Source: Amoebidium appalachense (lineage: Eukaryota > Protista > Ichthyosporea). From it: 64,000 nucleotides of DNA. The notes beneath the pieces are model-generated. The model saw only the letters and a program-made list of their open reading frames with translations. It searched no databases and had not been told where the DNA came from. The number at the start of each line of letters is the position of its first letter. Positions within the stretch are counted from its first letter, which is position 1. The stretch spans positions 9,025,059 through 9,089,058 of the forward strand of contig CAVNZM010000002.1 in NCBI GenBank assembly GCA_963693365.1, written 5' to 3'. Position numbers and translations under genes: made by a program. This document shows positions 50,084-62,250 of this stretch, piece after piece.

Positions 50084-51842
50084 AGCTTGTGCTTTCGTTT
50101 CCCAAAGCAGCAACCGCTGCTATGCTCCCCTCCGGGGCCGGCTACACAGTCACTCTGGATGGCCAGCCTTTCGGTTACCCTGAGGGAGTGAAAGAACTCA
50201 ACAACGTTTACACCACTTTTTGGGACGTTTACTTGCGTCAATACATCCCAGGTACCCAAAACCAGGGTCAAACCACATACACCGGCCGCCGGATCCGGAT
50301 TGGGAGGGCTCCAAGCAGCCAGCAACGAACACTGCAACTGTGTGAGATGGCTGTGTTTACTACCTCCCCGGGCAGCGCCTGTATGCAAACCCCCCCCCCC
50401 CCCCCTCCCCCCCTTCTCGAACACACAGACACACACACACACACACACACTCTCTCTCTCTCTCTGACTCCCCCCCCCCCCCCCCTCCCCCCCCCCCCCC
50501 CCCCCCCCCCAAAACCAAAATCTCTGTGTCTCTCAGGCACAGGCACCGGCACAGGCACAGGCACACATACACCCATTGGAAAACATGGAATCCGATGACG
50601 TGACAATGGATCCCTGCCATACCGTAACACACGCGCACGGAGCCATTCCACCTTTGTTCCTAGGTGTGCACACCTTATTCATGCCATTTCCCTTCACTCC
50701 CTTTCCTCTCCACATCTTACACCTTACCCATAAAGCACCTGCCCCAACCCTTTCCCTCCCCCCCCCCCCCCCCCCCCCCCCCCCCCTTCCCCCTTTCCCC
50801 CACCACCACTGCGGCCTGCCCGGCTGTCCCCTTTGAATTGGTTCAATTATCTCCGTTGTATTGAGAGTTCGTGCACTTATATGACAGATAAGGGATTTTA
50901 CCAAAAAATTTGACCTAAAGTTTTTAAAAGTTTTTTTCATGTTTTTTCGTGATTGCTTAAGCAGATCAAACTGTTTTGCTGGTATCTCAGTGTACGTGTG
51001 CAGGGGGTATAACAACACACTAACTGTGAAAACTTGGTGCATTTTGGTTGAACGGTTCCCAAGTTATTACATTTTTAATTTTTGAAACCGGTGCATAACG
51101 TTATGCTCAAACCTGCATAACTTTATACAATTTACTAAGTAAATGTAAATTTGCCTCAAGAAAATCGTTAAAGTCCCTTAGATGCCCTTTGAGGCATAGT
51201 ATTACACGCATGTAGCCTTTACACCATACAAGCAAGCTCGAATCTGATGAGAAGTTGCACCCCGCAGCCGTCAGAGTCAGTCGCCGCGACATCTCATCGA
51301 GCCAATCGCCCCGAATCGGGTCGGAATACAAAACGGGCCATGTAATGCGGCGCGCCACCTTCGAAAACAATACCGTCACCACACCGGTTAAGTTTGAGTT
51401 CACCGTAGTGGTTGATTATAAGGACGCAACCGCCCGCCGCCGTCGCCGCCGAGCCATCGACCCGACCCTGCTTGGTGAACCGGCCCGTGACAGTGCCACG
51501 GTCGGTACTGAAGTTGGCATTCGGCGCATACCCAATCCCAGACTCCCTGCACAGCCCCAGGCCGATGAAGGGGTGGTAATGGATGATATGGTGGTGTGGG
51601 TGGCCGCGGGGGTGTGCAGTCTGCTGCTGCTTTTGGGGTGTGTGGGATGCACGGGCACGTGGGCTGTGGTGTTTGTGCGGTTGCGCAAAATGGAAAAGAA
51701 GCGCGCCAACGCTAGCTTGAAGGTTAACGCGTTCTCTAACGCCGGCCCACTTTCTTCGGGATCACTGCTGCTCACAAATAACGGGCCATTGAGTTCCTGG
51801 TCACTTACATCATCGAGTCGGGCCAGACTCGTAGCGGGTTGA
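39189..51842 (+). CDS. Large type I transmembrane surface protein: signal peptide, beta-helix-cap motif, ZP-like region, beta/gamma-crystallin-like, WSC, second crystallin-like, F-type lectin-like, polybasic site, TM
   Basis: accaccATG at 39189. Phase-consistent exons 39189-39615, 40408-41224, 41634-41938, 42323-42553, 42886-42951, 43540-43833, 44945-45217, 49327-49487, 50086-50380 and 51268-51842; small extra exons are possible. Motifs: SLSTAIQGAGNGDTLELGAGVYTE; ISSMVLCNVTVYTFSEPNFLG; GCY...SVESCYTAC...CYCG...CDQRCPDDDMACGG; FDKENYQG; TQSST...YDGD...CFST...NPYIEIDLG...GRRIRI...LQLCEMAVF; RRRRRRA; TM at VVWVAAGVCSLLLLLG. Confidence 0.82.
45841..49112 (+). mobile_element. Non-LTR retrotransposon (LINE family A), 5'-truncated, intronic, with 10-bp TSD
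   Basis: TSD agaagtacat at 45831-45840 and 49113-49122. Contains the APE-RT ORF and a ~360-bp 3' UTR ending in GTAAACCCC. It sits between host exons ending at 45217 and starting at 49327. Confidence 0.96.
45900..48755 (+). CDS. LINE ORF2-like protein: partial apurinic-like endonuclease plus reverse transcriptase
   Basis: 951-aa uninterrupted ORF; the frame is open back to the insertion edge (FVYYPPS). APE motifs ILGDFN and SDHSPI. RT motifs KSCGPDG, FRPITL, QSAFRK, FIDWKTAYDSV, GLLQGSLLSPFLFNLFID, LLYADD and YKYLGV. Confidence 0.95.
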   Translation: MSVVELTHELSQLPMSTVILGDFNTRLHHTDTLQVSVGYPSKPPERAIPLARYVQSHTLRFPQISHAHNTDWGVAFWPSTMSKLSLPPNLSRSSDHSPILFLPKISLDLLPPPPPTFRLRLSQLKSQWGRVDVCVCYATKHPIYMRLLESAQARPDSHLVLDTCTNFIVDDLIDLGDYAGGGRKEYPDALLLPNTTPARLGEPLSQKESLRRLASMNRFGPPARIIGDTTGDPLIDSDKYFSELFKDRTPAQKPIVWPVDPSIPIESILPFFSPDAIWSVISSYSSSKSCGPDGLPAGFLKILVPSYPQKESDRAIKPDLTIMLSSLFSWCVKCGHVPSSWLDTLVIPIVKKDSEGPISSFRPITLTQVVRRFFEACLLRLFAHHPRFQSILHIHPCQSAFRKNNSCYVQIMALHDSMQVGAQYVGFIDWKTAYDSVSPGLLWEKLAARGVPHCIGVLLEALLSQTYGRAVVNGHLSYGFARTRGLLQGSLLSPFLFNLFIDDLAVKIYAENDDPINNFPPALLYADDLSLLARTPRRLQRLFDVVSEWCKANLMILNIDKCGVLVPDIANNLHTFTLSSKPVPIVPEYKYLGVPVDSVGVMFPHMVEKRVELARKRLAFFSANIFKDTPLHPSIRLTFIRTFVFPACEYGLPLLAAWIKKERTRALKPLANFLEAEVASFLSNNCCKPGPVTLSIYGLVPIAARVSYLALKFNKHISRLKKYLPSHPLFSIRPVPSSPLPSFLPSLSPSPLGTNTNKPRNSVCVTLDCHLLIKHVHNHKIITQYNKWKKIPHDTRPDESIHLEKLSLMSRFIYTDRLNHIAKYGTRKCITPKYILPSCRTGLSLADGIIDQLPRFYCTRAIQWRSNKYKVASFACPNNTHTHQFNRSCIAKCSLIDHIIPQHTHVTFTTDTQKDSLPVNYNILDFILNTRNYDLFIRCIDWLEKHITTKL
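50891..51178. mobile_element. Putative MITE with TA flanks in the last intron of the surface-protein gene
   Basis: TA|agggattttac ... gttaaagtccct|TA (imperfect 10-12-bp TIR); AT-rich, microsatellite-free interior. Confidence 0.6.
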
Positions 51843-51906
51843 GAGGAGGAGTTTCCTGAGTCACAATAGGACAGTAAAACTAGTATGGCATATAGCAAAT
51901 AGCCCC

Positions 51907-51942
<36 letters not shown>

Positions 51943-52235
51943 TTCTTTTTTTTTTTGAGGAAGTTGTGCGGCAAATAACTAATGAGCGCATGACGTGTCA
52001 GGATCAAGCTTGCTACTGGATAGCATAACAGAATAAAGCAAAACATGTTTTATAGTGGGTTTCTTGGCACGACTGAACAAAAGCAGCCCCCCCCCCCCCC
52101 CCCCCCCCCCCCCTCCTGCAAAAGCGCTTCCTTCTCCTCAACCACACGTCATGAACCCCCCCACCCTCCGTGCTTCTGTAATCACCCACATATGTGCGCT
52201 CTATTCAAATTCCGTGCGTACCGATTTTACAAATT

Positions 52236-52438
52236 ACTTCACTTTTACTTCAATCTCTTAGCTGTCACGTCAACTTTTTTTCCTGATTCTTCACCATGGC
52301 AGGCATCTAGTAAAGGCTTTCGTTTTTTCTTTTTGTGGACTTCACTTTTACTTCGATCTCTTAGCTGTCACGTCAACTTTTTTTCCCGATTCTTCACCAT
52401 GGCAGGTGTATAAAGGCTTTTCTTTTTTCTTTTTGTGG
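52236..52438. repeat. Tandem duplication of about 100 bp
   Basis: 52236-52338 and 52339-52438 (acttcacttttacttc...tttctttttgtgg) match with few differences. Confidence 0.9.
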
Positions 52439-53714
52439 TGGGAAGGGGTCCCGTCCCGCTCAGGGGAACGTGACACTGTGTGTGTGTAGTGCGGCCTTGT
52501 CTATTCCTACTGTTGTGAGAGTGTGGGGACATCTCCCTTGCGCGGAGTTTCTCGCTTGAGGAGTGGTTTCTTCGACATCTGGTGGCCCACTGCAACTTAT
52601 GGTGACTTCTACATGATATCTACGCTTCTACGCGAGTTATTGGCGGTGGGCTGCTGCAACTTCTTCAACTGCTTCTGCGCTGCGTGGGTGGAGGGGTAGC
52701 TACTGGGTCGTCGAGGAGCTTTCCTTGTGGCTGCCGTGTTTTCAGCCTTCAGCAGTATGGCAATGACTGGGTTTGCTTGCATGCATCTGTAGTTGTGTTT
52801 TCCTGTGTGTCCTGCCACAACTAGGCCACCTTATCAAAGAGTTAGAAACAGCTTCTGCGGATTTTCTAGGGGGAGGGCCCGTGGGGATTGTTTTCTCGCT
52901 CGGATTTGGTCTGCATTGCTCTTTAAAGGGCTGACTTGCTTGCTGTGCCCCGGTAGGTTTTGAGGGGGGCCTGTTGGGGAGCAGCAGTAATGATGTCTTC
53001 TTGCGGAGTGTGGCCTGGTCATCATCGCTGCATATGACTAGTTGGAGCAAACTAGTTTCACGCATACACGTGCACTTATACCTTTGCCCGCTGGTGTCCT
53101 TTGGTCACTTGTTGTTTTATTTTCTATTTCATCGCTGTGGATCTTTCGAAGTCGGTTATTTTGGTGGTCATGTAGCCTGTGGCTGCACGTTGCCTTCATA
53201 TCCACTGGACCACTGATCAACAAATCCCAGTCAAGAGAAAAAAATTACCAGCCGACGGGCGGGAAAAGGCTTTGGAACTGGGGGGACTCCCCTGCATGCT
53301 TCTTTTCGACTAGATATACGCTATGGTGTAATTTCTACTGGGGATCTAGAATTGTTAAGATGGGCATACACACACACTTCCACGCGCGGGGCTACGAAAA
53401 TTCGTTCGGGGTTACTTTTGGAAACCCCATGAGACGATGAGCGTTCCACAAAAAATGATGCGTACATACCTTGTGTACTGGTGAATTCAAGGGGAGAGAG
53501 TTAGAGACTAGAAAGGAAGTATATGAGTGGGGAAAGGGAGAGATAGAGACTAGAGAAGAGAGGGGAAAGAGAGAGATAGATGGCGGGAGCCTCGAGACAG
53601 AGATCATAGTAGAAACAGAAAGAGACGTGGAGAGAGAGAGAATATGTGTGTATGGTATTGAGAGGAAGTAAGTGAGTGGGAAAGAGTGAATACGAGGCGG
53701 CAGAACAACAGAAC

Positions 53715-53763
<49 letters not shown>

Positions 53764-53959
53764 AGAGAGAATACGTGTATGCTATGGAGGACGTAAGCGA
53801 TAGGGAAAGAGAGAACACGTGACGACAGAACGACAGAACGACAGAACGGCAGTGGGGGGGGGGGGGGGGGGGGGGGGGAGGGGGGGGGGGGGGGTGAGAG
53901 AGAGAGAAGAGAGTGTGCAGGCTGCCAAGCTCGATGCATCAGAGAGATAGACCAAGCCC

Positions 53960-54169
53960 CACCTACGGGCGCACGCAAACACGCCACACACGCCACACAC
54001 GCCACAGACGCCACAGACGCCACAGACGCCACACACCGACACCGACACCACAGACGCCACACACGACACACACACACACACACACACCGACACAGACGCC
54101 ACACACGCCACACAGGCAACACCACACGCACACACACACCGACACACACACCACACACACCGACACACC

Positions 54170-54260
<91 letters not shown>

Positions 54261-54620
54261 ACACCACACCACACACGCGCACACACGCAACACCACACCA
54301 CACACGCAACACCACACACGCGCACACATGCAACACCACACCACACACGCAACACCACACCACACACGCGCACACACGCAACACCACACCACACACGCAA
54401 CACCACACCACACACGCACACACGCGCACACACGCAACACCACACCACACACGTAACACCACACCACAAACACACACACACGTGCGCGCGCGCGCGCGCA
54501 CGCGCACACACGCAACTCCACACCACACACGCACGCACGCGCACACACACAACACCACGACCCACTATGCCACACACGACCCACTACGCAACACGCACAC
54601 GCACGCGCACACCACCGCGC
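53960..54620. repeat. Compound CA-derived micro/minisatellite
   Basis: Higher-order units cacagacgc and cacacacgcaacaccacac are repeated around a pure (CA)n core. Confidence 0.8.
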
Positions 54621-54985
54621 ACGCACCCCACCCAAGCGTCAAGGGGAAAACAAATCAGATCATATCATCCGGGCTGGATCTGTTTGATTCTGGTGAAGTT
54701 CCCGAGAGCACCAGGACCACAAAAGAGAGCACAAGTGTACTTGCCTTCATATATAAGCAGCTATGTCTGGCCATGGACAGTAGCTCTGGGCTCGACAGTC
54801 ATTAAATACGAGTGTGCACGTCATTTGTAGGTCACCCCCGACACTTGTGATGGTCAGTGTGTGTGTGCCGTCACACACACTTGCAGCATTCCGCACCTTT
54901 GTGGATAAGCTTGATCACCTTAGCTACGTTAGTGTTAGGTTGCAGTCACTAGCTGTCGTACTTGTGTATTGCTGCAGACACGAGA

Positions 54986-55516
54986 CAGCGCGGGATAATA
55001 AGGGTTTGAGTGACGACTCAATAGTGTGAAGACTTTATTAATAGTCTGGGTGCCAACCCCATGTGCCTTAGTTTATAAGTGACACGATAGATAGAGGATA
55101 GCTAGCTTACGGTGCCGCCCTTCTAGCTAATAAGTGGAGTGCCGTCTCCAGAGACAGTATAGTGTGAAGCGTTTTCTGACTAGTTATGTTAGCCCTTGCA
55201 CGCTCCTTTGACAGAGGTGTGTAACCCTGTGCAGACTCTGCCGTTTTCGAAGATGAAGCCACAACAGTCTTCCCCTTTTCCTGCCGTGCTGGGGGATGGT
55301 TCTGGCCAAGGCCAGTAGTTGCGGCCAGAACCAGCGCGGGATAATAAGGGTTTGAGTGACGAGTGTGAAGACTTTATTAATAGTCTGGGTGCCAACCCCA
55401 TGTGCCTTAGTTTAGGGACACGATAGATAGAGGATAGCTAGCTTACGGTGCCGCCCTTCTAGCTATAAGTGGAGTGCCGTCTCCAGAGATAGTATAGTGT
55501 GATGCGTTTTCTGACA
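54986..55516. repeat. Direct repeat of about 190 bp, LTR-like on the minus strand
   Basis: 54986-55180 resembles 55332-55515. The minus strand starts TGTCAG at 55516 and contains AATAAA; no TSD or PBS identified. Confidence 0.7.
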
Positions 55517-56008
55517 CGTGAGAGCCCACATCATGGCAATCACGCCAAGTATATTTATGAGCGGTTATCAAACAAGTGTAAATGTGTTTGCAGATGAACG
55601 CACAAGTACGTTTGAGTGTTTCTTAGTCGCATACAGTATGCATGTTGTCGGAAAGCAACACCAGTTGTGCCCACGAAAAATAGACTCATAATCTCAATCA
55701 GACGGCAAATAGAACTACTCATAAACACAAAACGTGTACGGTTTATTTAAAAGATTCGGTACTGTGTCATGCACAAACACAACCCCCTACAGAGAGGTGG
55801 ACTAAACTTAGTCCCACCATATTTCATAATCTGCTCCCACCCACCCCCATCCCTCACCCTACCCTCTATGACTTGAACTGGAGCTCAAGTTCTCCATCAC
55901 CACATCCATTGTGATATATGCTAATAGCGGGCACCAAAACTTCACGATGTCTATGCATAACGTGTTGCACACAGTACACTGCGCCCATACGCACACAGTA
56001 CTTTGCGC

Positions 56009-56297
56009 CTATACGACAATGTCGTCGTCATCATCGGCTGCATCCCCTTCGCCGCCCATTCCAAGATTGGCAACACCACTTGCAACCGCTGGAAAAAAAG
56101 CACATGTTAGTGGTCACTTTACAGAATAATATAAAACTACGTGCACGTGCGCACACACGCATGCAGGCACCCACATACATGCACCGCAGATGCATCAAAG
56201 ACACACTCACACATGAGCTCGCACATACACAAAAGCATGCAAACCCATACAGTTTTCATCAAGGTCACACGCTCACACCCCATTCAAGCACCGTGCC

Positions 56298-56355
<58 letters not shown>

Positions 56356-56499
56356 AAAAAAACACCACCGCCACCACCACTACACACACATCCACAGATT
56401 CCACACCCACCCACCCACCGACTCTCCCACCCACACTCTCCACTCTCCCATCCATCCACCCACCCTTAAAACACCAACAAACACCCACCCACCCACCCA

Positions 56500-56550
<51 letters not shown>

Positions 56551-56565
56551 CCCCGTCGCACCCCC

Positions 56566-56609
<44 letters not shown>

Positions 56610-57579
56610 ACCCACCCACCCACACCCATACACACACACGTACCCTCATCCATCTTCGCCCTGGCAGCCTCCTCCTCCTCCTTCAGGGCCTTGTCCTTCT
56701 TCTTCTTGTTCTGCACCTTCTTCAACCTACAACAAACACATGTTAAGACTCTTTTCAAGTTCTAGCTTTAGAATCATTGACACGAACGTGACCTGCTCCC
56801 TACACGTTTTACCAATACAACACATTCCTGTTATACTCATTCAAAAAAAAAAAAACTCACTCATCTGCGTTTCTCAGAAACACGTTACACCCCCTAGAGC
56901 AAACCTGCGCCTTCTTCAACTTATAAGACATACACACCTGTATGATGTTTTTGGACAATGTTTGTATGCGTCTATCAAGAGTTCACCACTAGTCCCTTCC
57001 CCAGCACTCTCCATTCGCTTGTACCAAATCACCACGCGCACCAATACCTGCACCCACCCGAACATCATCTATTCATTTCAGGTCTTTATGAACAAACGGC
57101 CCAATTCACACATCACTTATTATACACTCGAATCCATACCATCCCCCCCCCCCCCCCCCCCAACTCAGCATCCTCCCCCTCCAAAAATGCATGCACACAA
57201 CTCGAACCCCCCCCCCCCCCCCCCCCTCCTCCTCCCCACCCACAGACACCAGCCCTTTTCCCACACATCCCAGTGCTATGCTACCAAAGCACATAACCCC
57301 CCCCCCCCCCCCCCCCCCCCCCAAACACATACACACAACACACTCAACCACACCCGCACACCGGTCCCTTTCCCACACATTCCATTGCTAAGCTACCCTG
57401 GTGCAAAACAGTCCTCGGACCCACCTGAAGAATTCCTCTCTCTCGGACTCATCAAGCTCACTGTTAACATACGCCACTGTCCTCTGCAGGGTTAAAAGAG
57501 GCAGGGGAAATATGTTAATATGGATTAACAATGTTATGTTGCGGTTGCGAAGCGTAACTTTCTTTCAGAAAATGTCTAG

Positions 57580-57619
<40 letters not shown>

Positions 57620-57899
57620 CCCTTCTCCAACTTTCTATGGCCAATGAGATCGCATGCTCAATCCAAAACGTCAGAAGTAAAAACTCTGGAGAATAGACAA
57701 GCTCCCCCCCCCCTCCCCCCCCCCACCAAAAAAAAAAAAAAAAAAAAGAAAAGAAAAAAAAAAGACAAGAAAAAAAAATGGGGACACACAAAACAATATG
57801 ATTTACACACCCACCTCTATGCGGGGAATGATGACGTATTCGATGGCGTTGACACGGCGGTTGGTGGCCTTGATCACCTCGTCCAGGGTCACAAACGAC

Positions 57900-57981
<82 letters not shown>

Positions 57982-58347
57982 ATGTGTGTTGGCGCATCCC
58001 AGAGTGGCTGTGGGCACGTGCGTGCTTGCGTGTGTATGGGGGGTAGGGAGGGGAGGGGGGGGGGGAGGGAGGGGTTGAGGGTGTGTGTGTGTGTGGGTGG
58101 GTGGTGGTGGTGGCGGTGGCGGTGGCGGCGGCGGCGGCGGCGGTGGTGGTGGGGGGGGGGGGGGGGGAGGGGAGGGGAGGGAGAGAGAGGGGGGGGGGGG
58201 GGGGGGGGGGGCATGCTTGAGATGATTGGAAACAAGGCACAAGGGCATCAAGAGCCACAGCACAGAAGCGCTTCTCAGAACCATGACGTATTGTTATGTC
58301 GAGCAGACAAGAAATTCAGGACCCAGCAACCCCCTTCCCCCCCCCCC

Positions 58348-58390
<43 letters not shown>

Positions 58391-59092
58391 AGGACACACT
58401 CACACACACTACCACTACCACACAGATAAACGCCAAATCCCCAGCTTTCCACACCACCCCTGCCCAAATTGTAGCTACGTTTTTATCATCCGACAAGCAC
58501 AACACATACTCATCTGAGCATCACCGTATCAGTTTTTTAACATTAAATCAAACCAACAAGTTAAATGGCATTATCGCCGTATCAGTAATTCATTATCGAT
58601 TCTAAACTTAAAGATCATAATGGCATAAATGGGGTTTACCTGCAGGGAGGCCAGCTCCACGAGCAGCTCGCAAGCCTTCTGGAAGCGCTCCTTGCACTGC
58701 TGGATCTGCTTGCCGCCCTTGCCCAGACCCGTCATCTGGTACACTGCACAAGAACATAAACAAATAGCCAGTTTACCAGAAATCCCTTGATATGGTTATG
58801 CACTATTTCCAATTTAGGAGCTTGCACCATATATAGTCAAAGCATCTGGTACCCTGAACAAAACATTAACAAATAGCCATATTCCCAAAGTAGGAGCTTG
58901 CACCATATTAACACAAAGCATCTGGTACACAGCAACCATGGCGGCAAGGACACAAACATGCCTAGCGTGCACGTATGCATCGTGTAGGGTGCAGGGGTCG
59001 AAAAGGGGAAATGTTGCTAGTGTGTGGGCTTCACTGCATGCTAGCGCATCAGCCAAATTACACAATGGCATGCACACTTTAACGGGTACGTA

Positions 59093-59155
<63 letters not shown>

Positions 59156-59806
59156 AGACACCCCCCTCCCCCTCCCCCTCATGCCCACACAATCGCGCAT
59201 ACGAGTACAGCTATAGCAACCAATAGCCACCCACAAGTTCGCAAGAGATATTTCAAACTCCCCCCCCCCCCCCCCCCCCCCCCCTCCCTCCCCTCTCCCC
59301 TCCCCCCACACCACCCCTCTTCTTCCCCCTAAAATAATCACAGTAAAACTAAAACCCCTACCAACACGACGAAAACAGGAAAGCAGACAACATAATACCC
59401 ACCGTTCTCGCCGTCATTGTGGTATTCGAACACGGGCAGCTTGACACCAGCCACGTTATCTGTTTTCGCCTTGACCTTGATAGATGCTGTCTTCACGTTC
59501 TCCATAACAGTTTTGCTGTGTAAGTGAAGGAGGTGTCAGCATGCAAAAATATAACGTGAAGGAGGTTTTAGCATGAAAACATAAAATTAGAGCCGCAGAA
59601 ATGTATCGTGCAACACCTATACCTAAAGACATCGCAAGCTCAAAAATCACTTGGTATTTCCATTGACCAAACATGGTCATCCCTGCAAACCACATCACCT
59701 TTTCCAAATCTTAGAACCGAAACACTCCCCCCCCCCCCCCCCCCCCCCCCCCACCTCCTTTCTTTCTTTCTTTTTTTTTTTCTTTTCTTTTTTTTTCTTT
59801 TTTTTT

Positions 59807-59849
<43 letters not shown>

Positions 59850-59907
59850 AGAGAGAGAGAGACAAGCACACAAAGACAGAGGGGGCGGCTAATGTGTGTG
59901 TGTGTGT

Positions 59908-59964
<57 letters not shown>

Positions 59965-60135
59965 GGTGGTTGTGAGGGGAGGGAAGGAGGGGGATTACAG
60001 GTAGAAACCCACCGAAACACTATTACGTACGATAAGGACACAAGATTCCTGACAGACACATGCAGGATCCCCAACCACCCACAACATAGCACGAGACTTA
60101 CAGATGTGGCTGCTGCAACAGCCAATACGAACAAG

Positions 60136-60197
<62 letters not shown>

Positions 60198-60947
60198 GTG
60201 TACTTGCAACCTTGGGGAGAGGGGGGGAGAACAGAGAGAAAGAGAGATGGGGGGGGGGGGGTGGATAGGTATGAATTAGGGATGGAGGGAATCACAACCC
60301 CCCCCCCCCCCCCCCCCCCCCCACACACAAAAAAAAAAAAAAAAGACAGACAGAAAGAAAGGAAGGAAGAAAAAAGCCGAAAGCATATCCAAGCACACCA
60401 ATTCAACACTCGATCATGGACTGTAGCCGCCTTTCCAATCTCAACCCACTCAATGTATTATCATCATTATATTGTTATGTGTAACATTATTATTAGTTTC
60501 AGTATGTTCATTATTATTATCATTTTATGCAATATAATCAGCAAATATTAATTCTCAATAATAACAATATTATTGTTATTATTTACCTGAAGTCACCAGC
60601 CGTGAAGTTAGCCTGCGCCATAGAGAAGAATGCCTCTTTCATCACCTCACCCATCAACTCCTTGTTCTGTGGGGAATGTGTCAGCCAACGGAAGGAGTCG
60701 AAACCCCCCTCCCCCCCCTCTGTCTCTCTCCCCCCTCCCCCCCCCGCCCCCCTTCCTTCCCAGTCGGCCGACACATATTTCCGGCCGCCCCTCTGACACT
60801 TGTCCCCCCCCCCCCCCCCCCCTCCCTCCCTCCCTCCCTCCACATCACACACACCCCAACCACCCAAACACACACGCGCTAATAGATAAGAGCAACACGA
60901 TTCCCCTCATACACCTCGCAGATGAAACAGCAGCTTGCTTTTCTACA

Positions 60948-60985
<38 letters not shown>

Positions 60986-61391
60986 CCGGTCCCTCAAAAC
61001 GATGACCCCAAATACATGTAGAAGCGCATAAATACCCCACTACCCTTACCCCCACCCCACCCCATCTCCAGTCCCTGTATTTTGCCCCTGCACCAACCCG
61101 TTACACATACTCAAACAAGCTCACAAACACTGCAATACGCCCACCCGAGTAAAAGAAAGAGGCTGAGAAAGAGAGGGAGAGGCAGAGAGAGGGAGAGCAT
61201 GTGTATGCGGGTGCTTTAGAGAAAGAGAGCGAGAGAGATGCAGTGTGTGCGTATGTGTGTGTTATAGAGTGAGAGAGAAACTGAGTGAATGAGTGTATAA
61301 TTGTAAAGGCAAAACAGTGTGAGTGTCAGTGTGTGTATGAGCAGGCATGTAAGCGTGTACAGATGTGGGTGCGAGTATGTGTGTGTAAGGG

Positions 61392-61439
<48 letters not shown>

Positions 61440-61578
61440 GACCTCTACGATTTTCTTAAGTAGGGCTCTGAACCGGTGTGTGAGGGCATCAGCCTTCTTC
61501 TTCAGCAAGCTGTGGCCCTTTTGTGCTCCCTTGAGACGATTCTTCATCGTCGTAAGAGCCCTGCAAGTGATGGCATGT

Positions 61579-61650
<72 letters not shown>

Positions 61651-62250
61651 TGGTGGTGGTGCGGGTGGTGGCGGATGCCATGGCGTTGAGATCCCTAGTG
61701 CATAAGATTGCTCCCTGTCGTTCTCCTCCCCTCCCCCCTCCCCCCTTCCCCCCCTCCCGGGCCGCCACGGCTTCTTCCTCCCTCCTTCAACTATTATTTA
61801 TCGCAACAGGGACTTAATTTGAAACGAATACAAGAGGATGATCCAAACCAACTTCATTCTTGTAATCGGTCCTAGGTTCTAAATTACGAGTCTAAAATGG
61901 TGGCATGCACAAAGGAAATCGTTTCACACAGAGACTGAAATACATGCCGGCAGTGTAGACAGTACAACGGCAAGCAATCTTTCCCCCAGAGCCTACCACA
62001 GTTGCTGCACACATGTGGTTTTGAATTGTTGATTGCACTGACATGGATTGCACGGACCAAACCATGTGCTGGAGGCAAAGCCGTTGCCATGCTGGCCTAT
62101 TCAAAGTTGTGGATGTCATATGAGGTGTAAGGTTGATGTTGCTTTACGGTTGTGAAAAAATGGTATGCGCATGGCCAGGCCCACAGCCAGAATGCCTTTC
62201 ACTTACATTCGTGTTGGAAACACGTTGATTCTGTCTCCCTGCCCAGACAT
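56009..62250 (-). CDS. ATP6V1D: V-type proton ATPase subunit D
   Basis: Nine GT-AG exons: 62250-62207, 61560-61443, 60666-60587, 59515-59403, 58743-58640, 57901-57815, 57483-57425, 56726-56644 and 56088-56009 (TAG). Translation: [41 protein letters not shown]...DNVAGVKLPVF...TGLGKGG...LVELASLQTSFVTLDEVIKATNRRVNAIEYVIIPRIE...ELDESEREEFFRLKKVQ. Confidence 0.97.
58816..58929. repeat. Short intronic direct repeat
   Basis: taggagcttgcaccatat...caaagcatctggtac at 58816-58852 and 58891-58929. Confidence 0.75.

Noticed and set aside
58631-58639. A fifth GTAAACCCC on the minus strand
   Set aside because: It is the V-ATPase D splice donor (CAG|GTAAAC) with no upstream element homology.
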